IMG/VR virus record: IMGVR_UViG_3300048924_000100
Span: 1-64,000 of that record
DNA length: 64,000 nucleotides
Direction: 5' to 3' (one strand)
The position numbers and the translations under genes were made by a program. The notes below the pieces were generated by a model. That model did no database searches and had not been told where the DNA came from. It was given only the letters and a program-made list of their open reading frames with translations. Of the stretch, positions 48,723 through 58,100 are shown one piece after another. How positions within the stretch are numbered: position 1 is the stretch's first letter; each line of letters starts with the position of its first letter.

Positions 48723-49829
48723 ATGGATTTATTCAGCGGACTGGATCTCAATCCATCTGTTACCGCGTTCCAGAGCAACACCAACACCGCAATGAAGTCG
48801 GTTAAAGACTCTTCGTTGACACCGGCTGACGTTACTACAGCTAACCAGAAGCAGGGTGTGGCACTCAAGACCAGTCGTGATACCGGCGTCATGGGTACTA
48901 TCACCGAGTACCGCTCCACCGCTGTAGAACAACTCAACGGTATTATTGGTTCGTTGTCGGGCGGGTTCCTAAACCTCAAGGACCTTACCAAGAGTATCAA
49001 GATGGGTCCTGATGGGGTAACCTTCAGTGACAACGCGATTATCGCTGCGGTAACAGGTGCGGCAGGCTACAAGGTCAGTGGCGGTCAAAGTGGTGCAGCT
49101 CGGGCATTGTCAGCTTCTTTGGCTAACGAGTTCAAGAAGATCACTGGTCTGAACATCAGCAGCATCCTGACTACCCAGGGTACTGACTTCCGAGTTAACG
49201 GCAACTGGCGTGGACAACTGGGTAAACAAACCCTGAACATGCTCGGTAAGGCAGCAGGCTTCGATGACTTGCTGGACACCAGTGTTAAGGGGGCGTTCTA
49301 CAACAGCGTACTGAAGAATGCCTCTATCTTCGGTATGTCGGACAGCTACCGCAAGATCTGGGATTCTTATCCGAAAGGGTTTGAGCTGATCAAGCGAGAC
49401 GCTGCATTGGAAGCGATGGAAAACGTCATTACCAATGGCGATATCGAATCCATGGATGCCATGCTTAAACTGTTCGACACACAGACCAAGAACGTGTTGT
49501 TGGGCAAATACCCACGGTTCGTTGCGACGCTGTTCAGTAACTTCAAGTTTGACAAGACCGCTATCCCGGAACAATACCCCGCTATCCGTGATAAGTTGTT
49601 GGCGATCCTGGTAGACTTGATTGGGCCTAACTGGTACCTGAAGCAGACCTACTTTGGCCCAGTGTTGGACATGGGGTTGATGAACGCTGCGAGTAAGGAC
49701 CTGATCACCTTGCTACAGACTGTAGACGAACTGGTTCCATTGCTCTGTACAGCTGGTCTGTTCCATGACGGTTCTGCGCTGCAACAACTCCGGGGACAGT
49801 TTCCTGGTGCAGCTAAGTACGCTTTCTAA
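48723..49829 (+). CDS. putative virion structural protein
   Basis: GGAGA RBS before ATG 48723; core structural region. Confidence 0.65.
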   Translation: MDLFSGLDLNPSVTAFQSNTNTAMKSVKDSSLTPADVTTANQKQGVALKTSRDTGVMGTITEYRSTAVEQLNGIIGSLSGGFLNLKDLTKSIKMGPDGVTFSDNAIIAAVTGAAGYKVSGGQSGAARALSASLANEFKKITGLNISSILTTQGTDFRVNGNWRGQLGKQTLNMLGKAAGFDDLLDTSVKGAFYNSVLKNASIFGMSDSYRKIWDSYPKGFELIKRDAALEAMENVITNGDIESMDAMLKLFDTQTKNVLLGKYPRFVATLFSNFKFDKTAIPEQYPAIRDKLLAILVDLIGPNWYLKQTYFGPVLDMGLMNAASKDLITLLQTVDELVPLLCTAGLFHDGSALQQLRGQFPGAAKYAF

Positions 49830-49835
49830 ACAACG

Positions 49836-49877
49836 CTATAACCCCTCCTACCCTTTGCGGGGTAGGAGGGGTTATAG
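49836..49877. terminator. bidirectional terminator
   Basis: 18-bp perfect stem, loop TTTGCG. Confidence 0.85.
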
Positions 49878-49892
49878 TTACTACCGAGTTTT

Positions 49893-52070
49893 TTATCGTG
49901 AAATAGGACGGGAAAAGATACGTGCCAGGTCACCCACGATCGAATCACTCACCTTGGCTGCAATGTTGTCAGCCCGGATGCTTTGCTTCATGTCGAGGGT
50001 AATACCTGTCAGGTTACGGTTGAGGCGGGCGTACTTCATTACGGTGTCAAGGTAATCGATACCGGTCAGACGAGACAGGTAGTTGTTGTACGCGGTGTCA
50101 TCGTTAAACAGACGGTTGGCGATCTGCGATGGGTTGGTCGCATCCAACAGACTGATGGAGCGGTCTACCGGAACAGTGATCAACGGCTCAAGGTCAACAA
50201 TGGTGAAGTCAATCTTGATGTTCAATGGACGACGGTCGATAGTCCAACCGCCATCACCCGAACCGATGGTAAAGCTCAGACTCTCCATCATGCCGGTACG
50301 AATGATCGAACGGGACTTACAGAAAGCCTTCAACATGAACGGCGAGGTGTAGGTAGAACCACCCGCAGTGTTAGGGGCCACCATCGGCAGGAACAGTGCC
50401 AGCAATACCCAGATCTTCATGATCTGCTCATACGGGTGAGCGTAGTTGCAGTGGGACGAGATCGAGTAGCTTTCCTTGTGCAGGTTAGTCGTCGAACCAT
50501 CCCAGTGATCAGCGATCTTCACATAACTGTTGTTAACCAGCGCCAGCGGGATGTTACCGATTACCGTACCAGACAGCGCGCCGATCGCACCTTCTTTAAG
50601 GGTGTTTACAACGGAGTCAATGATACCGATACCCGTTGCACCACCAGCCACGTCAAAACGGAAGTCGTTCGAAGCCTTAACTACCGAGTTGAACTTCTCC
50701 GCCATAGGGGACGGGGAGTGACTGTTGGAGAAGCTGTCTGTTACGGGACCCACGCCACCATCTACCCGGAAGGTGATTGCATCAAGACCACCGGAAAACG
50801 CTGTCTGTACCAAGTCGGCTACGTCGCCTGCCCAGGTACGGTCGTTCGGGTTGTCTTCATACGAGATGGTTTGGCCGCTTGCAATGGCCGCATTACCGCC
50901 GGTCTGCGAAGAGGCTGGTTGTGGACGAGTGGACGGCTGGTTAGGGTTAGGGCTCAACGCAGGACCAGGAGCACCTGCACTGGAGTTCTCCATCTGCGCA
51001 CCGGGGTTACCGTCGGTACCCAATTGACCAGTACCGCCAGCACTTAGACTGTCACCCTGTTCTTTAAAGCCGTTGTTGACGTTGGCGTAGGCGGTCTCGT
51101 TGGCATAGGCACTGTCCTGCTCAACGAACTTGCCTTCATCGTCACCACGGTACTTACCAACCGAACCGAACTCCTTCTCGATGAACTGTTGAGTGGGATC
51201 GCCTGCCCACACGGTATCGTCGAAGGTAACCTCTTCCATCAACTGCTGAGCACGGGTGAACTTCTCTTCAGGCGTTGTCAGTGCCTCGTTATCCATCTTC
51301 GCCAGTTTATTCAACATGACCCGATGTTTACGAGTACCCTTCATGATCAACCGCATTAAGTCGATCGTGCCGTCGGAGTTGATAACGTCGGGCATTAACA
51401 GACTCATGTCTGCTACGGCCTTGCTGTTATCGTAATCAGGCTTACGGCCATACAGGCTGTCGGTTTGTTCCTGGTTACGCTTAGGCAGCACTGGGTCGAT
51501 GTAACCCAGCTTAACCATGAGGTCGTTGAGGATACCCGTGGCCGCCATGGTGTACGCGCCCATCGCAGGCTTACAGGTCCAGAAGTTGTTCTTCGGAGAA
51601 TCAGTCAGGAACGACAGGAACTGGATACCGATACTGATCAACTGCATAGGCCAGAAGGCAATAGCCGTAGCAGCCTGACCCATGTAGAACGCCAATCCTG
51701 GAGCACGACCTTTGTTAGCAATGATCGCAGCAGAAGGACTGAACATGTTGGTAATGAAACTCAGCAGACCCGCAAACTGAGGAACACTCGGTGTCAGGGT
51801 TAGCAAGGTAACGTTGTTCTCGTATACCTCTTTGTACATGCTCCCCATGCCACCATCAGACGAATTCAGGAATCGACTGTAGCGAGGGTCAGTAGCCGGG
51901 CTGGATTGCGGAATAGGGTTAACGTAGCGGTTATCACCAGTTGCGCTGCTAAACACGTTGAAGTAACGATCCCAGTCCATTTGTTGCAACAGGTCGCTGG
52001 GTTGAACACCACGTGTAAGCAAACGAAACGACTTGGTGATAATGTCGCGATCTCGAACACTTACGGTCAT
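49893..52070 (-). CDS. virion tail/baseplate structural protein (phiKZ gp182-like)
   Basis: GMGSMY, W.GS...SYS, G..ESLSFT.GSG..GWT motifs; directly downstream of the tail lysin. Confidence 0.7.
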   Translation of the reverse strand: MTVSVRDRDIITKSFRLLTRGVQPSDLLQQMDWDRYFNVFSSATGDNRYVNPIPQSSPATDPRYSRFLNSSDGGMGSMYKEVYENNVTLLTLTPSVPQFAGLLSFITNMFSPSAAIIANKGRAPGLAFYMGQAATAIAFWPMQLISIGIQFLSFLTDSPKNNFWTCKPAMGAYTMAATGILNDLMVKLGYIDPVLPKRNQEQTDSLYGRKPDYDNSKAVADMSLLMPDVINSDGTIDLMRLIMKGTRKHRVMLNKLAKMDNEALTTPEEKFTRAQQLMEEVTFDDTVWAGDPTQQFIEKEFGSVGKYRGDDEGKFVEQDSAYANETAYANVNNGFKEQGDSLSAGGTGQLGTDGNPGAQMENSSAGAPGPALSPNPNQPSTRPQPASSQTGGNAAIASGQTISYEDNPNDRTWAGDVADLVQTAFSGGLDAITFRVDGGVGPVTDSFSNSHSPSPMAEKFNSVVKASNDFRFDVAGGATGIGIIDSVVNTLKEGAIGALSGTVIGNIPLALVNNSYVKIADHWDGSTTNLHKESYSISSHCNYAHPYEQIMKIWVLLALFLPMVAPNTAGGSTYTSPFMLKAFCKSRSIIRTGMMESLSFTIGSGDGGWTIDRRPLNIKIDFTIVDLEPLITVPVDRSISLLDATNPSQIANRLFNDDTAYNNYLSRLTGIDYLDTVMKYARLNRNLTGITLDMKQSIRADNIAAKVSDSIVGDLARIFSRPISR

Positions 52071-52134
52071 TGATAAATACTCGGTTTGTGAAAAGAAAAA
52101 AGAAGAGGTGGGAGTTACCCCACCTCCTGTAACA

Positions 52135-55100
52135 TCAGATGTTTACGCTGTTAGGCGCAGGCTCTGAGTTCTTAGACATCTTCTCCAAGAAGCCATGGAT
52201 ACCAGCCAGCAATGCGTTGGTGTCTTGTTGCTTACTGACACCTTCCGCTGTAGTGGTGGTAAGTTTCTCCATCAAGCCGTTCGGATCAGCAGGTTTCTCC
52301 TCAGCGGAGAGTTGCTGACGCGGTACCGGCTTGTACCCTTCGGGCGCGAGCTGACCATTCGGCTGCGGAACAGCACCAGGACCAGCAACAGGACCAGCAG
52401 GGTTAGCAGTTGAACCACCTCGTTGACCAGGCAATGGCAGGGAGGTATAAGGCCCAGGAATTGCTCCTGCACCTGCTCCCGGCGCAACACCACCCTCTCC
52501 ACCAGCAGGGTCGTTGTTTCGCATTGCCGGAGTTGGCATGGTCGAAGTATCTGGCGGAGTCGATGGCATTTGACCTGGATCGTACTGCTGATCTTTAGCC
52601 GTTACCATTCCACCCGCTGTTGTGTCTTGACCTGCTGACTGACCTGCACCTGAAGCTTGTGCAAACTTGTCTGCCGCTTCCTGGGACTTGAAGCCTACGT
52701 GCACATGACCACCAGTAGCACCAGCCGAAGCCTTAGCGTACTCGTTAATCAACAGGAAGTCAGACGGACCCAAGTTAGCGGTCTGCAGAATCCCTGCTAC
52801 AATCCCCATGGCCTGACTAGCGCCACTTGGACCGTTGGTCAAGGTAAAGTCCAACGCCAGTCCTTTAGCGTGCTTGGACTGAGGTTTTGCACGTTGATGG
52901 TACGCATCATTCAGCGCCGAGAAGTAACGGAAGTTAGGAACCTGGCTCTGGATCAGTTGAGCAAGACGAGTAATACCAGGGTGAGCGTTACCGCCCGCAA
53001 TGGCCTCTCCTGACTTAAGACGCAAGCCACTCGAGTTAATACCTGTACCGCCGCCTACCAGAGAACCACCTTCACCACCGCCATTCGTTGGAGCACCGCT
53101 GTAGTCACCACCGCCGCCGCCAGGAGCCATCAGGCTTGGAGGAGTCCCGTAGGAACCACCACCGCTTGCAGCACCCTGTGCGTTACGAGAGCCACCACCA
53201 GGAGCCACACCAATCGCCGGAGTATTACCCCCACCAATGGTTGGGCCGCCGCCGTACATCCCACCAGCACCTTGAGTAGGTGCAGCGTTAGTACCTTGGG
53301 CACTCGCATCATCCGCCTTCAGCTGACCACCTTGTAATTGCTTCAGGTAGTCAGTGTAGAGCTGGAAGCGCTTAGGCATACCCGGCAATTCATTACCACC
53401 ATTCAAGCCAGTGGCAGAACGACCGAAGTTACCGTCTTGGGTGATGCTTTGCAACAGCTTGCTGTTTTTGTAGAAGTTAACCGCAATAGCCGCCATGACG
53501 TTTGGATCGTTAGACGCCAGCTCCGGATTATTCACCAGGTCAATACCCAGCTGTTGTCCGATGCGTGCGTACTGTGCCCGACCCGTCAGTTGTACCAAGC
53601 CACGACCACGATACTTCCACCCATCCCCTGGTGCGATGTTACCCAGTGACTGACCTTTACCACCACCGTAAACAGTGTTAGCAATAGCCACAGGACCTGC
53701 CGCAATAAGCGCACGCGCCTGTGCCAGACTAGTGACCTCACGGAAGGTCTTCATCAGGTTTTCAGGGGAGGTGTAGTTCATGTTTTCTACGGTACGACCA
53801 AAACCACCGGTCTCGTAGTTGGTGAGCGCCAGCATCTCAGCGATTGCACGTGGGTCGGTAAACCCTTGTTTCATCATCTCGCGCATGATCAGCTGTTCTG
53901 CCAACGTCTTCGGTACTTTAACCCCGTTATCCTTCCCGTCGGCTGATTGCACCCCACTGAGGTCCAGGTGACTGGTATCGCTGTCGCCTGTCAGAGGAGC
54001 ATAACCGTAGGAGTTTCCAGGAGTCTGATACACACCGCCCAGGCCGTAGGTGTTGCCCGTGCCAGAACCAGTGCTAGTCCCCGTACCAAACTGTCCACCC
54101 AGACCAATGTCGCGACTATTTCTAGCCTGGCTTGCGTCTTGGACGTTTGCCTGTTTCGACGTAAAGTCACCGCCCGTCTTGTGAGGGGAGATTTCAGTGG
54201 CCCAAGCTTGAGCGTTGGTCTTGCCCGCTTCTTTCTCTGGATCCTTCAACTTAGCCGTTGTACTGGCTTCACCAAGAGTTGTCAGCATCCGATCAACCCG
54301 ATCTGGCTTATCTGGTGATACCGCGTCTTTAAACGGTGCAGCCCTGACGACCCAAATCGGAACCAGCAACGACTTACTGACTTCTACCTTGGTCTCTACC
54401 AGCCCCTTGGCGATTTCATATCGAGCTGTTACCGACAGAGTTCTCCACACCACCCCAGGGTTACCGCGGCGGTAGTTCTGCATCAGGTTGAAGTAGTTGA
54501 TGAGGACTGGCATGAAACGGTCTTTAAACCACTTGCACCAGTTATCTGCATCACCAGAGTCGACACGGAACGAGTCCTTGAACAGACCGAAGATGTCACC
54601 CACCTGACCTTTAAACTGAGCACCCCCTTCAGCAACAACCATCAGGGATTCGCAGTAGCGTTCCAGTTTCAGAACCGCTTCCACACGCCAGGTCAAGTCT
54701 TGATCGTTACCGTAGCACGCCAAACGAATGCCAGTGAGCATATCCACAGGACGATTGTCTGGCAGCAGGTCTTTGATGAACACCGCAGAGGCTACCGGGG
54801 AGACTTTGTACGAGTTGTTCAGCTGAGCCAACTGGCTGTTCACTTCGTTCAACCGGTTCTCGGCTCTCTGTACCGACTGCATCTTGTCAGAGCTGTCAAA
54901 GAAACCGCGAGGGGCATTAACCTGCGCTTGCAGGGTCGCCTGTTCCTTCTTCAGAGAGTCAACGCTTTGAGGCATTTGAACTGCGGCATTATCATCAACC
55001 CCATCGGTCTTGCGATCGATGTACTTCTTCAGTTCTTCCAGCAAGTTGTTGCAACGGACGACTGTAGCCTTCTCACCCAGAATCGGGGTATCCGGATCGA

Positions 55101-58100
55101 TCTTAGCCACAATCGAATACGGGAACGGCATTACCGACCCAAGGGTCTGGTGTACCTGTTTGGCTACTTTGTATACGTCCTGGGTCTTGGCGTCGTCGTA
55201 GTCCTTTAACGACTTCATCTTGACCACATCGAGGCAGGCCATGTAAGTCAGGTACACCGGCTTGAAGCGACCGTTGAACCAGCTGAACACGCTACCCAAT
55301 TGTTGCTTGCTGTTGCGGTCAGTGATGAACGACTGGAGGATCTCTTGAAGAGGAGCATCCTTGGACAACGACGCACGACCGTTACCGATCACAACGAAGT
55401 CCTTCAGTTTATCCTCGATCTGCAAGATCTTCTCGGCAAGGTCGCTATCGGAATCAGACACACCGTACTGAGTCATCCGGAGTTCGAACTGTTTCCCCGA
55501 ACCACGAGTCACATAACGATAGATCCCGTAACCGACCGCACCAACTGCCAGGGCACCCAAGACATATGGGTTAAACAGCAGAGGAGCAATCGCACCCCAA
55601 GCACCTGCCAGCAGCGGAGCAGCAGCAGCGGTCATCGCGCCCACACCAATGTCAATACCGACCATGGACGCAGCACCGGCTGCCAACTGGTAAGCACCGA
55701 CTACGTTAGCTGCTGTCTCAACCGTGTCACCCACTTTCTCTAGCGCACCGCCTTCGTCGATAAACCCTGTGTCAACCAGGGCATCAACACCCATGCCTAC
55801 GGCCATGCCAGCGCCGAGCTTGAGACCGCCCTTCAGCATGCGACCCTTCGGAGCTTTACGACCCGCCAGCTGCTTAGCACGCTCACCCTTGGTGCGTTTC
55901 TTCCCACGCATGTGATCCAGGGCATCAGTACCTGCACCTGTAACACTGCCATGGCGCATAAAGCTGATCATGCCTTTCGCAATCGCCCCAATCCCTGTGG
56001 CAATAAACGGCAAGGTCTTCATACCGACCTTGGCAAAGCTACCCAACATCTTGAAGCTGTTCAACCAGGAGCCAGTGAAGAACTTGGTCAAGCCGAAGAT
56101 ACCGCCAGCGATAGCGCCGAGACCGTCTTTCAACAGACCGAAGATACCCTGACCTTTCTCTTTGGACTTCTTATCGCCCCCACCAAAGAACCCCATGCCC
56201 TGAGACATCTTGATCAGAGCATCCTGAGCATCCTCAGACTTCTTCTCCTTAGCCTTTTCCAACTTGTCGGCACGGGAGTTCAGACGATTATTCTCATTAG
56301 GTTGTTCACCCAGGTGTTCTCGCAGACGTTGGTTGATCCCTTCCTTGAGGTCACCCATGAACCCGCCCACTTTAGGTGTGCCGTCTTCCGCTTCACGACG
56401 TTCCAATTCCTCTGGACTCACTAAGCCCTGTTGAGCAGCAGAGGTCTTGTAAGCCGAGCTTTTAAGCTTGACCTTCAACTTCGGAGGCTTAACATCCGTG
56501 ATAGGCATGTTAACGTGTTCTTCGGATTCAGGTGTGTACGGCGAAGAAGGCATCTCCTCAGCGTAGTTCCAGTGTCTCATCAACAAGTGGTAGATACGGT
56601 CGACCGCGTTAACGATCGGGCTGTAGTCGGCCTTGAGGGCCTTCATGGTGGCATCCTTAGCCTTAACCATGCCCGGGATTGCTTTAGCCTTCGCCTTGTT
56701 GAACAGGTCCAGGGTCAGCGCACCGAACTTCTTGCCCGCATCACCCAACTTGTTGATGCTCATGCCCATCGAGGTTTTCAGACCACGGTCGTAGTCCTCT
56801 TGGGTAACGATGATCTCGCCGTCCTTGTCAAACACTGGACCGTCGATCTCATGCCAACCTGTCAGCTCAACAGCTTCACCACCCTCACCACGTTTCCAGT
56901 ACTCGCCCTTACCAAACCGTTTGCCCACCAAGACCGGAGAAGATTCACCCTCTCTGTAAACGTCCATCTGGTGAAAGCGATTAACGATACGGTCTTTCAA
57001 GCCAGCAGCACGACCGAATGGATCGACCCACTTAAAGGCTTTAATGGCGAAGTCACGGATCTTGTTCAGACCACTGAGCAGGACTTCCTTGTTCTCTTTG
57101 GTGAAGAGTTTAGCCGCAAGACGCCGTGCACCAATAATGGTGTCAGTGGACATGTCCTTAACGCTACCGCTGATCTGCTTCCACGACGTGATGAGGAATC
57201 CTTTCGTCGCATCGTAGTAGTTGCGGTTGGCCAACTTGTTCGCTTCCAGAATCGGAACATCCGAACCTTCTTCGTACAAGTCTTCCGTGTCCAGCGCTTC
57301 ACGGGCCTTAGTCATGCTGTGGAACTTGCTGTAGGCCAGTGCTACCGCAGCGCCACCACCCAGCAATGCAGCCGCTTTAGGGTCGTGGAATGCATAGGTC
57401 GCCAAACCACCCAGAAGACCACCCAGTACCAGCGGTTGGTTATCCAGCAGCTTATCCACGCCTTTGTTGAACATGCCTTTCAGGTTGGTAGATTTCAGAC
57501 GGTCAATGATCGACCGCTTGCCGGCTGCCACGTCACGTTCTGTTTCGGAAGAACCGCTAATCCCACCACCACCTTTACCGCCAGGCTGGTTGTTGAGGAT
57601 TCGGGTCAGGAGGTCATTACGCTCACCACCCATCTCCACCAGACGCTTAACCTGTTCGTTGAGGGTGTCCATACCGGCATTCAACGGAGTCAGATCCAGC
57701 AGTTGCCCTAACGGGTGACCAGGCCCGAAACTAGCAATGCTGTTCTTCAAATCACCCATACTTGCCAGGGATTCAGTCAGCTTGTCCATTCCTTGAACTT
57801 TAATACCGTCTGCGTGCTCCTGATCGGGGATTACAGACGTTCTACCACCAAACTGCGGCACGTTGTAAGGCATGCCACCAAAGCTGCCTGAGCGCGTCGG
57901 TAGAGGGGCACGATCGGGGATAGGTTCACGAGTCTTCCGGCTAGGGTCAGCAATGAACTTCGCCAGGTGATCCCAGAGCATCTCCATGTTGATGTCATCA
58001 CGGCCATACTCATCCGTGGTCACCAGACCGGCTTCCTTCAGCGCATCGTAACTACCGGTGCCTTTCAGGATATCCAGTTGGTTGGTAATGTCAGGAACAA

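Noticed and set aside
19783-49877. Hairpins as mobile REP/MITE elements
   Set aside because: Stem sequences differ between copies, there are no target duplications or transposase, and their positions after stop codons fit terminators.
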